From Hyphomicrobiales bacterium (lineage in GTDB: Bacteria; Pseudomonadota; Alphaproteobacteria; Rhizobiales; Rhizobiaceae): a stretch of 35,615 nt of DNA. Under the pieces are notes generated by a model, which saw nothing but the letters and a program-made list of their open reading frames with translations, searched no databases and was not told the origin of the DNA. How positions within the stretch are numbered: position 1 is the first letter of the stretch; every line of letters begins with the position of its first letter. Location: assembly GCA_011087745.1 (NCBI GenBank), contig JAALLB010000001.1, positions 1 through 35,615 of the forward strand. Reading direction: 5' to 3'. A program made the position numbers and the translations under genes. This document shows positions 1 through 8,744 of this stretch, in pieces.

Positions 1-55
1 ATAAAAAATCCTCACCTGCACTTTCTCATTCAACGTTCGGTAACTTGGCAATACC
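1..55 (-). mobile_element. Terminal stub of a repeated element (IS/MITE-like end), left copy; interrupts glcB
   Basis: The reverse complement GGTATTGCCAAGTTACCGAACGTTGAATGAGAAAGTGCAGGTGAGGATTTTTTAT matches 35562-35615 at 50/54 positions. Malate synthase similarity stops at this junction. It has a GG terminus and an outward-facing -35-like TTGGCA (45-50), as in many IS ends. Confidence 0.75.
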
Positions 56-1106
56 AAAGTAATGGCTGGGTTTGTCATCAGGTGCCCCACATTGCGAACC
101 AGCAAAAGTGAACGGCCAGGAAGTGAAATACCTTTACCGTTTCCGGTTGTATAGTCGCGGTCCGGGTTCAACTTGCGGGTTATTGTAGTACCCCCTTTTA
201 CGAAGCTCTCTGAAAGATCGCCTTTCATCAGGCCAAGCCAGTTTTGATAAGCAAGGACCTTGTCTTCGCCATCGACAGCTGCAACGGAATCCTCACAATC
301 GCAAATTGTGGTTAGAGTTGATTCTAGAACAATATCAGCGATGCCTGCTTTATCAGTCGAGCCTATTGGGTGATCAGGATTAATGATGATATCTGCATGC
401 AGGCCATTTCGTTTTACCAAAATAGAAGTTGGGCTGGCAGCTTCGCCTTGATAGCCAACAAATTGTGCAGGGTTGGAAAGGCCAGCAGTGTTGCCGTCTT
501 CTAAAATGACCTGTAATTCTCCATCAACGATTTCAAGCTTGGTTGCATCTGCCCAGGAGCCATTTAATGGCACCGATTTATTTAAAAAATCATGTGCCCA
601 GGCAATAACTTTGATGCCACGAGCTGGATTATAAGCTTTGCTTTTTTCAGCGCCACCTTCATCAGAAATCGCATCAGTTCCATACAATGCATCATATAAT
701 GAACCCCAACGTGCATTCGCTGCGTTCAAAGCATATCGGGCATTCATGATGGGTACTACTAGCTGTGGGCTGGCAATCATCGCAATTTCTGGGTCAACAT
801 TAGAAGTGTCGACGGAGAACTTTCCACCTTCAGGTACGAGGTACCCGATGTCCAGTAAGAATTGTTTGTAATCTTCAAGAGAATAATCAGTGCTATTTGC
901 CTTGTAATATTCATCGATCTTGGATTGAAGCGTTTCACGCTTTTCAAGCAATTTCTTATTGGTTGGTGCCAAGTCGGTCACAAGTGCTTCAAGGTCAGCC
1001 CAAAACTTGTCTTCAGCAATGCAGTACCAGGTAAAGCTTGCTCATTTACAAAAGCATAAAGCTCACGATCAACATTCAGGCTGCCAACATTAATACGGTC
1101 AGACAT
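56..1106 (-). pseudogene. glcB: Malate synthase G, N-terminal half; frameshifted and truncated
   Basis: Hand translation: ATG at 1106 gives [28 protein letters not shown]. One base is missing at ~1021, then the other frame reads [10 protein letters not shown]...[32 protein letters not shown]...[10 protein letters not shown]...[19 protein letters not shown]. It is cut by the repeat at 55/56 after about 350 codons. Not in the ORF track. Confidence 0.92.
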
Positions 1107-1236
1107 GGGTTTCTCCAGAAATTCAAAAAATTAGCCTTTGGCTATCAAAACCAGCAATATTGTCAATTTGGAGTAGATGCGAAACATTGTTTCCTTTTTG
1201 GAAACAATGAATTTCAAAGCGTGAGATTTTCGTAAT

Positions 1237-1267
1237 ATTGAACCTTAAAGACGGAATACCCATATAT
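1237..1267 (+). promoter_or_regulatory. RpoH (sigma32) heat-shock promoter for hsp20
   Basis: TTGAA (1238-1242), 16 nt, CCCATATA (1259-1266). This fits the alphaproteobacterial RpoH consensus CTTGAA-N15/16-CCTATAT and lies just upstream of a small heat-shock gene. Confidence 0.7.
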
Positions 1268-1295
1268 ATTATGGTAACAAAGATGGATTAAACGC

Positions 1296-1739
1296 ATGTC
1301 TCGTATCGCAGGGTTTTCAAGCCCTTTATTACTGGGTTTTGATGAACTGGAACGCGTTTTAGCGCGCGCAACAAAAAGCGCGAACGATGGCTATCCACCT
1401 TATAATATTGAACGCCTGCAAACTCAGCCGGGTGAAAAAGGCGATCTTCTTCGAATTACGCTGGCTGTGGCAGGATTTACAGAAGATGAACTTGATATCA
1501 GTATTGAAGAAAACCAGCTGACAATATCCGGCAAGCAAATTGATGATCAAGAGCGGGTTTTTCTGCATCGCGGAATAGCGGCACGGCAGTTTCAGCGCGC
1601 ATTTGTCCTTGCTGAGGGAATAGAGGTCAGTGGTGCGAATTTGGAAAGCGGTCTTTTGGAAATTGATCTGATCCGCATTCAGCCAGAGCTAATAATTCGT
1701 AAGATTTCAATCAAGTCTCGAAAATCACCAAAGGAGTAG
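1296..1739 (+). CDS. Small heat shock protein, Hsp20/IbpA family
   Basis: Motifs GYPPYNIE, ITLAVAGF, LHRGIAARQFQRAFVLAEG, GLLEIDL. Confidence 0.95.
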   Translation: MSRIAGFSSPLLLGFDELERVLARATKSANDGYPPYNIERLQTQPGEKGDLLRITLAVAGFTEDELDISIEENQLTISGKQIDDQERVFLHRGIAARQFQRAFVLAEGIEVSGANLESGLLEIDLIRIQPELIIRKISIKSRKSPKE

Positions 1740-1743
1740 ATTT

Positions 1744-2001
1744 ATGTTTCACGATCTTGAAATAAACAATCAACAAGCAGAAACTCTTGCTCAAATGGAA
1801 TCAAACGCCATTGCCTACATGCGTGAAATGACGACAGAGGAAATCAAGATAGCATTTCCTGAGACACCCGAGCTTGAAGATGGACAAACCTATTGGGCAT
1901 TATTTGGTGCAGATGGCGCGCCCCTGATGTTGGCCAGCGAGCGCGTTGAAATAGCTTCTTCTGCTTTTTATAATAACCTAAAAGCTATAATGCCTAACTA
2001 G
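1744..2001 (+). CDS. DUF1150 family protein
   Basis: 85 aa with IAYMR and WALFGADGAPLMLA motifs, in the usual position after hsp20 in alphaproteobacteria. Confidence 0.8.
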   Translation: MFHDLEINNQQAETLAQMESNAIAYMREMTTEEIKIAFPETPELEDGQTYWALFGADGAPLMLASERVEIASSAFYNNLKAIMPN

Positions 2002-2558
2002 GCCGGATCTACCCAACCAATGTTACCGTCTTCGCGGCGGTAAACGACGTTCGTTTTACCGTTGCCTGCGTTATTGAAAACCACAACCGGATTATCTATC
2101 AAATCCAGCTTCATAACAGCCTCTGCAACACTTTGGGTTTCAATGCTGGTGAGCGATTCTGCAATAATTACCGGGTTATACTCCTCAGGCATTTCTTCTT
2201 CGGCGGCTGGAGCTTCAACAATTGCGTAAGCTGCTTCTGCGCGAGCAGCTTTTGCCGCATTCCCGTGATGGTCTTTAAGGCGGCGTTTATAGCGCCTCAG
2301 CCGTTTTTCAATTTTATCTGCAGCTGTCTCAAAAGCAGCTGTCGGGTCAATTTCATTGGATGTACCTTGCAAATCAGCACTACTATCCAGATGAATGATA
2401 CATTCACACGCAAAACGATTGCCTTGTTTTTCAAGCGTTACATGACCACGATATCCCCCCGGGAAATATTTGGAGACCGCTTCATCAAGTCTATCCTGGA
2501 TGCGAGCGGTGAGTGTATCCCCAATATTCATGTGTTTGCCTGAAATTTGTAAGCTCAT
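1998..2558 (-). CDS. hpf: Ribosome hibernation promoting factor, long HPF (RaiA family)
   Basis: MSLQISGKHMNIG, IEKRLRRYKRRLKDHH, NVVYRREDGNIGWVDP; lies downstream of rpoN. Confidence 0.93.
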   Translation of the reverse strand: MSLQISGKHMNIGDTLTARIQDRLDEAVSKYFPGGYRGHVTLEKQGNRFACECIIHLDSSADLQGTSNEIDPTAAFETAADKIEKRLRRYKRRLKDHHGNAAKAARAEAAYAIVEAPAAEEEMPEEYNPVIIAESLTSIETQSVAEAVMKLDLIDNPVVVFNNAGNGKTNVVYRREDGNIGWVDPA

Positions 2559-2659
2559 TTTGCGTCTCCTCTTTTGTTATCGCTACGACTCAAGCGTAGC
2601 GCGGCGGAGGCTTGTATGGCAATTACCAAAGCAAAATATATATTCAGGAGGCTTAAAAA

Positions 2660-4162
2660 CTAGGCTTGTTGCTTCTTTTCGCGGCGTCGCTGAACAGAAG
2701 AGGGAATTCGCATCGCTTCGCGGTACTTTGCAACTGTTCGGCGAGCAATCTCAATACCGGTTTTCTGGAGTTGCTGAACGATTTGATCATCTGAAAGAAC
2801 TTTTTTAGGGTTTTCCAAGTCTACCAACTGCTTGATTTTATGTTTCACACTCTGGGATGCGTGCCCTTCGTCGCCTTCACTGGACGTAATGGAGGAGGAA
2901 AAGAAGTATTTTAACTCATAGATGCCCTGATCACACATCAAGAACTTGTTTGAGGTGACACGACTGATGGTTGATTCATGCATTTTTATGGCTTCAGCAA
3001 CGGTTTTCAGATTAAGCGGGCGCAAATGCTCAACACCTGCTGCAAAAAACATGTCCTGCTGTTTAACAATCTCGGTTGCAACCTTGAGAGTAGTTTGTGC
3101 TCGCTGATCAAGGCTCTTTGTGAGCCAGCTTGCGTTCCCCATGCAGTCCGCAATGAACTCCTTACCTTCGGGAGTTTTTACCGCAGAAGTAAGCTCGGCA
3201 TGATAGCTATGGTTTATGAGAACTTTTGGCAGAGTTTCAGGGTTTAGATCAATTGCCCAACTACCGTCCGCTTTTTGCCGGATTAAAACATCAGGGATAA
3301 CACTTTGCGCCAGTACCGGCTCATATTGAGCCGCCGGTCGCGGGTCCAGTTCCTTGATCTCACGGATCATATCGTTGAAATCTTCCCGGTTCACGCCGCA
3401 AAGTTTGATAAGGCTATCAAATTCGCGTTTGGCCAGAAGTGACAAATTATCCAATAGTGTTGCCATTGCCGGGTCGTAACGGTCTTTTTCTTGCAATTGT
3501 ATCTTGAGGCACTCGCGCAGATCGCGCGCACCAATTCCGGTAGGCTCCAAAGTCTGAAACTTTAACAATACCGTCTCTACACGTGCCAAGCTGACACCAT
3601 TGAGCATCGCAATGTCATGTAGATCGTCCTGAAAGTACCCATCCTCGGTTAAATCATGCGCAATATAGGTTGCGATCTCGCGATTTTTATTATCACCAAA
3701 TGTAAGCGCAATCTGATCTCGCAAATGTTGTGCAAGGCTAAGTGTTTCGCCAATACTAGCCATGAAATCTGTATTTTCTGTAGTGCCAGAAGATGGAGTG
3801 TTTGATGAAAGGCTGCTTTGCTTGCCGGTATTGTCTCTGTTACTTTTTTCAGCGCCTGCAATGCCTTCATCATAGACATTCTCAAACGAAGCATCGAGGT
3901 TTTGTGCAGCCTCGCCCGCATCCAGCTTCATTTCATCTGAAATAGTGTCATCGCGATTGTCAGGATTTTCGATTTCACGGTCGTTGGTTACCGAATTTTT
4001 ATCGCTTTCGAGCTCAAGTAACGGATTCTTTTCGATCTCTTCTTGTATGAATTCCGCCAATTCCGCATGCCCATATTGCAATAGCTTGATGGATTGCGCC
4101 AATTGTGGTGTCATCACAAGTGACTGCGATTGCTTTTGTTGTAAGCGCGCTGAAAGAGCCAT
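2660..4162 (-). CDS. rpoN: RNA polymerase sigma-54 factor
   Basis: QSQSLVMTPQLAQSIKLLQ, HTH MHESTISRVT, RpoN box IARRTVAKYRE. Confidence 0.98.
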   Translation of the reverse strand: MALSARLQQKQSQSLVMTPQLAQSIKLLQYGHAELAEFIQEEIEKNPLLELESDKNSVTNDREIENPDNRDDTISDEMKLDAGEAAQNLDASFENVYDEGIAGAEKSNRDNTGKQSSLSSNTPSSGTTENTDFMASIGETLSLAQHLRDQIALTFGDNKNREIATYIAHDLTEDGYFQDDLHDIAMLNGVSLARVETVLLKFQTLEPTGIGARDLRECLKIQLQEKDRYDPAMATLLDNLSLLAKREFDSLIKLCGVNREDFNDMIREIKELDPRPAAQYEPVLAQSVIPDVLIRQKADGSWAIDLNPETLPKVLINHSYHAELTSAVKTPEGKEFIADCMGNASWLTKSLDQRAQTTLKVATEIVKQQDMFFAAGVEHLRPLNLKTVAEAIKMHESTISRVTSNKFLMCDQGIYELKYFFSSSITSSEGDEGHASQSVKHKIKQLVDLENPKKVLSDDQIVQQLQKTGIEIARRTVAKYREAMRIPSSVQRRREKKQQA

Positions 4163-4199
4163 TGTTGCCTTACCTGTTGGTTTTACGGGCTTCTTTTAT

Positions 4200-4216
4200 T
4201 TGGCCCGTTTATTGCA
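4200..4216 (+). promoter_or_regulatory. Sigma-54 -24/-12 site oriented opposite to rpoN (probable negative autoregulation)
   Basis: TTGGCCCGTTTATTGCA is an exact GG-N10-GC spacing, about 40 bp upstream of the rpoN start and on the opposite strand. Confidence 0.7.
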
Positions 4217-4238
4217 TCAAGGTAGCAAAAACATCTTC

Positions 4239-5132
4239 CTAAAGAGTAAATTGTTCTCCAAGGTAAAGTCGGCGTACATCCGGATTCTGGACAATCTCGC
4301 TCGGACTGCCATGCGTCAATACATTGCCTGCATGAATAATGTAAGCTCGATCAATCAAACCCAAAGTTTCACGCACATTGTGATCGGTGATCAGAACGCC
4401 AATACCGCGGTGGGTCAAATGGCGAACCAGTTCCTGAATGTCACCAACCGCAATTGGATCGATACCCGCAAAAGGTTCATCCAGCAGCATAAAAGAAGGT
4501 CTGGTTGTAAGTGAGCGGGCAATTTCGCAACGCCTGCGCTCACCACCAGAAAGTGCAATTGATGGCGATTTGCGCAAATGCGTTATCGAAAATTCTTCAA
4601 GCAGGGCATCCAGCTGACGCTCTCGCTCTTTTTTGTTGGGTTCAACAACTTCCAAGACCGCGCGAATGTTGTTCTCTACGCTTAAACCTCTGAAAATACT
4701 GGCTTCTTGCGGCAAATACCCGATCCCAAGGCGGGCACGGCGGTACATTGGTGTTTTTGTAATATCATGACCGTTCAATTCAATTGAGCCTGCATCCGCC
4801 TGAACAAGACCGGTAATCATGTAAAAGCTGGTGGTTTTACCAGCGCCATTTGGCCCTAGTAGACCAACCGCTTCTCCGCGCCGGACACCCAGACTTACAT
4901 TCTCTACAACTTTGCGACCTTTGTAGCTTTTTTGGATGCCAGAAACGAGTAAAACGCCTTCGCGAGACTGCGGTTGACGCGTTGGATGCTGTGTTTGATG
5001 GGTTGGTGGAGGAGTAGCAACCTGAATATTTGGCGTCGTTATGCTTGAGCCTTCCAAAGGAGTGTCTGCCCATTCGACTTTGCGGCTTTTTGGTTTTTTA
5101 ACCAATCCTGAGATGTTTTTGAGAAAGCTCAA
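4239..5132 (-). CDS. lptB: LPS export ABC transporter ATPase
   Basis: Walker A GPNGAGKTT, YLPQEASIF, LSGGERRR, LLDEPFAGIDP, LITDHNVRETL. The TTG start is uncertain. Confidence 0.96.
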   Translation of the reverse strand: MSFLKNISGLVKKPKSRKVEWADTPLEGSSITTPNIQVATPPPTHQTQHPTRQPQSREGVLLVSGIQKSYKGRKVVENVSLGVRRGEAVGLLGPNGAGKTTSFYMITGLVQADAGSIELNGHDITKTPMYRRARLGIGYLPQEASIFRGLSVENNIRAVLEVVEPNKKERERQLDALLEEFSITHLRKSPSIALSGGERRRCEIARSLTTRPSFMLLDEPFAGIDPIAVGDIQELVRHLTHRGIGVLITDHNVRETLGLIDRAYIIHAGNVLTHGSPSEIVQNPDVRRLYLGEQFTL

Positions 5133-5221
5133 AATGAAGATCCAATAAACGTTTTGTTAGCTACAAATACATCAATTACAGTTAATTTTCTTTAACTTTG
5201 AAAAATTGGTGAAAAAACCTG

Positions 5222-5755
5222 TTAATTTTTGGGCGTCAGCAAGATTTTGACGCGGCCATTTCCAGAAGAGCCAGATGATCCACAAGGTGTCACATTTGAA
5301 ACATTCGTTTTTAGATTGACGGTCACCTTGCAGGCAGAAAGTACATTACCAGTCTGGCTAACAATCACGTTGCCGGTCATCAATACAGTTTCAGATATCA
5401 TATTGATTGTAGCTTTATCGGCGGTAACCTTATTTTCCCCTGACCGCACAGCTACTTTGCCACTTGCTTCAATTTGGCGAATACCGCTCTTGGTTTTTCC
5501 TTCTTCGCTCGCTCGCTCGTAAAAAACCTTAATGCGCGTCGCCTGCATCAAGGTTTCACCCTGAACCACGCTCACATTACCTGTCAAAAGTGCAGTATTT
5601 TCATTATCAATGATCTCAAGTTTGTCCGCTTCAATCTGAATTGGTTCATCATTATTGCCGATGCTCTCGAAAGCACCGCCTGCTGACTGGGCAAAACTTG
5701 GTGCTGCAAAGAGCAGAATAAAAAGAATGACTAGGTTTGTTTTGAAGTATTTCAT
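5222..5755 (-). CDS. lptA: LPS transport periplasmic protein LptA/OstA, copy 1
   Basis: Signal peptide MKYFK...SFA, EPIQIEADKLEI, GNVSVVQG, C-terminal GRVKILLTP. Start moved to the ATG at 5755. Confidence 0.9.
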   Translation of the reverse strand: MKYFKTNLVILFILLFAAPSFAQSAGGAFESIGNNDEPIQIEADKLEIIDNENTALLTGNVSVVQGETLMQATRIKVFYERASEEGKTKSGIRQIEASGKVAVRSGENKVTADKATINMISETVLMTGNVIVSQTGNVLSACKVTVNLKTNVSNVTPCGSSGSSGNGRVKILLTPKN

Positions 5756-5786
5756 TTCATTTCCAATAGTTAGCTTGGACCTGGAT

Positions 5787-6320
5787 TTATTTCGAGTTTG
5801 GCATGGCAACTATTGATGTTCGGCATTTGCCAAATCTTGAATTGCCCGTCGTTAATTCAATAGTTAGTTGACATCCTTTGATTACATTCAATTCCTGAGA
5901 AAGAAGTATTTCTTTACCGCTTAGAATTGCTGTATCACTCAAAAAATCAATCTCCAACCTTTCGCCACTAGCATGATTCTTGCCTGATTTTACGGCAACA
6001 ATTCCTGAAGCAATGATCTCACGTATTCCAGTCTCGGTCAGTTTTCTCTGTTCTTCAGGTAAATAGTAAATATCTACTTTTTGCGCCCTGACAATTGCCT
6101 TTCCTTGGATAATCGTAACATTTCCCATCAAGGATGCTCTAAACACATCATTAACAATCTCAACTTTATCTGCTTCGATTTGAATAGGCTCTTTATTGTT
6201 GCCAATGCCTTTGAATGCATCACCAGCTGTTTGTGCAAAGCTCTTGGTTGTAAAGCTTATGGCCAAAAAAAGAAGGCTGATGGCAACGAGGGGTTTTAGG
6301 AGAAGGTTAGTTCTGATCAT
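5787..6320 (-). CDS. LptA/OstA family paralog, copy 2
   Basis: Signal peptide, EPIQIEADKVEI, GNVTIIQG. 23/30 aa identical to copy 1 around the mature N-terminus. Start uncertain (6320, 6329 or 6347). Confidence 0.85.
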   Translation of the reverse strand: MIRTNLLLKPLVAISLLFLAISFTTKSFAQTAGDAFKGIGNNKEPIQIEADKVEIVNDVFRASLMGNVTIIQGKAIVRAQKVDIYYLPEEQRKLTETGIREIIASGIVAVKSGKNHASGERLEIDFLSDTAILSGKEILLSQELNVIKGCQLTIELTTGNSRFGKCRTSIVAMPNSK

Positions 6321-7050
6321 TGGTTTCATTTGCCTTTTTGAGTTCATCAGGGCGAATTGTCATTCGAACCTTGCCCTCGAAAACCAGTTTATTGCCACCA
6401 TCTTCTACCATCATTGTATTCGACGTAATATCAGCCTGTGGGCTGGTCGCATTTATAGGATTGTTGGTGTGCATGATGGATTTGCCAATATCGACACTTG
6501 CGTCTTGCAGGTTTAAAACCATCCCGCTTGAGGTAACCAGGTTTACTGCTTTATCTAAAACGAGCGTTTTTGCTTCCGCATCATAAATACCATTACCTGC
6601 GGTTATTGTGGCGGTAATCTCGTCATCCATCGGTAGTTTGGCAATGATTTCCAGTAATTCAACTCTACTGGGGTTTTCTGCGTTCTGTATTGCTTTTAAA
6701 GCGGTCAGGTTATAGGGCCGTTTTTCTTTATCAAACCCACTTAATTCAGGGTTTTCCATAACCAGTTTTCCGTCCGTAAGACTAATACTTTCAACAGCAA
6801 CATCTGGTACTTTTAAAGAGTTATAGATCAACGCTCCAATAATGCCCAAAATCATAATGATAGCCATCACAGGAAAGGCAATTTTCCAAAATCTTACCTT
6901 GCCTGAATGCTTCAAGGCCTCTTGATATTCATTTTCACGATTATCCGTTGAAATGAAATCGAGATTAGGCTCTGACACATGCAATGGTGATGCGTTGCCA
7001 CCTGCCAATTGTGGATTTGCCTGATTTTGAAACTGGTTACTCAAGACCAT
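6307..7050 (-). CDS. lptC: LPS export periplasmic protein LptC
   Basis: Single TM segment, GKLVMENPELSG...RPYNLTA, LVFEGKVRMTIRP; position upstream of lptA/lptB. Confidence 0.88.
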   Translation of the reverse strand: MVLSNQFQNQANPQLAGGNASPLHVSEPNLDFISTDNRENEYQEALKHSGKVRFWKIAFPVMAIIMILGIIGALIYNSLKVPDVAVESISLTDGKLVMENPELSGFDKEKRPYNLTALKAIQNAENPSRVELLEIIAKLPMDDEITATITAGNGIYDAEAKTLVLDKAVNLVTSSGMVLNLQDASVDIGKSIMHTNNPINATSPQADITSNTMMVEDGGNKLVFEGKVRMTIRPDELKKANETNDQN

Positions 7051-7114
7051 CGCCTCACTTTATCTTGCAGATTATTACAACAGCTTCATGGTCACAATAG
7101 GGCTTGGATGTAGC

Positions 7115-7729
7115 TTAACTATGGGCAAATATGTCTGTTTCTGGCCAACCAGCCAGATCCAATCGGCAACGGGTTGGCAAAAACTTGAAACACTCTCTGG
7201 CAAGTTCGCTACGTCCTTCGCGTTCCAATCGCTTTTCAAGATGCGCCATCAGTTCATGTAGGTGAAGAACATCAGAAGCAGCATATTCCAGTTGTGCTTG
7301 GCTTAGCGTTTCTGCAGCCCAATCAGAACTTTGTTGCTGTTTTGAGATATCTACCCCGATAAACTCGCGCACCAAATCTTTCAGGCCGTGTCGGTCCGTA
7401 TAGGTACGCGTCAATTTGGAAGCAATTTTTGTGCAATAAACATTATTTGTAGCAATGCCCAAGCCATGTTCCAGAACTGCAACATCAAACCGGGCAAAAT
7501 GGAAAATTATTGTGCGATTTTGATCTTCAAACAGCGCTTTTAAGTTAGGCGCTTCAGTTTGTCCTTTGGCAATTTGAACAACGTCTGCAGTCCCATCAAC
7601 TGGCGAAAGTTGTACAACACAAAGTCGGTCTCGCAGTGGGTTTAACCCAAGTGTTTCTGTATCGACTGCGATTGAGTCGTGATAATTGTCCAGATTTGGT
7701 AAATCGCCTTTATGAAACCGGATTGTCAC
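7115..7729 (-). CDS. nrnC: DEDDy 3'-5' exonuclease, NanoRNase C type (often annotated RNase D)
   Basis: 204 aa; AVDTETLGL, FHFARFD, CTKIASKL, QQQSSDW, YAASDV, DIFAHS. Confidence 0.85.
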   Translation of the reverse strand: MTIRFHKGDLPNLDNYHDSIAVDTETLGLNPLRDRLCVVQLSPVDGTADVVQIAKGQTEAPNLKALFEDQNRTIIFHFARFDVAVLEHGLGIATNNVYCTKIASKLTRTYTDRHGLKDLVREFIGVDISKQQQSSDWAAETLSQAQLEYAASDVLHLHELMAHLEKRLEREGRSELARECFKFLPTRCRLDLAGWPETDIFAHS

Positions 7730-7778
7730 CGCTTTTCCCCTTAAATGTATGCTTTACGAATCTTATAACCTGATTGGG

Positions 7779-8609
7779 TCAAACCGACAAATCAACAGAT
7801 ATACCCGGTATCCAGTCGTAAAGCAGAGCAAATAACAATAACCCAAGGGCGATGCGGTAAATTGTAAAAATCAGAAAACTTGAACGTTTCACAAAGGCCA
7901 TTAAGAAGGCAATTGCTGCGAGTGCTGCAAAGAATGTGAGCACTGCTGCCATGATTGCACCATTTGAAATTTCAATACCCGATTCAACTGCATCAAGGGT
8001 TACAAATGCCCCCGCACCGGCAATTGCGGGGATGCCCAAGAGAAATGAAAATCTGGCAGCTTCCGGGCGTGAAAATCCCATAAACCGTGCAGCAGTCATG
8101 GTAATACCAGAACGGGAAGTTCCGGGAATAAGTGCTAGAGCCTGGGCAAATCCCATCAATACGGCAGGAGACATTTTCATATCTGCCATCACCTTGGTCT
8201 GTTTACCGATGTAATCGGCAATATACATCAGGATACCAAAAATTATGGCATTCCACGCAATGACCTCAACAGAACGAAGTTCAGCGCCGAGGCCGGACTT
8301 TTTCAGGAACAGACCAAAGGCAACTGCAGGGATGGTTGCCACGATAATATAAAGCGCCATCCTGGAGTTGTCATTAATGCGCAGCCGCAACAAATCCAAC
8401 CCTCCGCCAATTAACTTCAACACATCGCGCCAAAAATAGACGATAACCGCAAAAAGAGACCCAATATGCACCATGACATCGGTGATCTGTCCTTGATCAG
8501 GCCACCCGGTGACCGCAGGAATTAGCGCTAAGTGACCTGATGACGAGATTGGCAGGAATTCAGTGATGCCTTGCACGATTGCAAGAACTATTATCTGTTC
8601 AGGTGTCAT
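7779..8609 (-). CDS. uppP: Undecaprenyl-diphosphate phosphatase
   Basis: QGITEFLPISSSGHL, ALIPGTSRSGIT, AARFSFLLGIP. Confidence 0.96.
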   Translation of the reverse strand: MTPEQIIVLAIVQGITEFLPISSSGHLALIPAVTGWPDQGQITDVMVHIGSLFAVIVYFWRDVLKLIGGGLDLLRLRINDNSRMALYIIVATIPAVAFGLFLKKSGLGAELRSVEVIAWNAIIFGILMYIADYIGKQTKVMADMKMSPAVLMGFAQALALIPGTSRSGITMTAARFMGFSRPEAARFSFLLGIPAIAGAGAFVTLDAVESGIEISNGAIMAAVLTFFAALAAIAFLMAFVKRSSFLIFTIYRIALGLLLFALLYDWIPGISVDLSV

Positions 8610-8744
8610 CAAATGGCCTCAAGAGTGCAGATTAACTTGCGTGAGGCTGGTAGCCTCTTTATTGTTTTCAGAACGCTAAACTGATTCATTTCTTTTTTCA
8701 TGTTCGCGCCTTAATTTCTAGTGGATTTATAAGTAATAGGCCTT

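Noticed and set aside
1..55. Terminal repeat as a sequencing adapter
   Set aside because: It does not match the Nextera ME, PacBio SMRTbell or ONT ligation/rapid adapter sequences I recall, and the two copies differ at four positions. A custom primer is not fully excluded.
638..1235. Short plus-strand ORFs 638-871, 862-1059 and 1038-1235
   Set aside because: They are antisense shadows of the glcB pseudogene on the minus strand.
1268..1295. ROSE RNA thermometer upstream of hsp20
   Set aside because: The leader after the RpoH promoter is only about 25 nt, with no multi-hairpin structure or ROSE motif.
2581..2601. Inverted repeat CGCTACG-N7-CGTAGCG between rpoN and hpf
   Set aside because: It has only a 7-bp stem and no U-tract in the transcribed direction, so no function can be supported.
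5182..5196. Possible CtrA box upstream of lptB
   Set aside because: The spacing is TTAA-N6-TTAAC rather than the canonical N7, in an AT-rich context.
7051..7114. kdsD missing between nrnC and lptC
   Set aside because: The position of kdsD varies among Rhizobiales and no remnant is visible, so a loss cannot be claimed.
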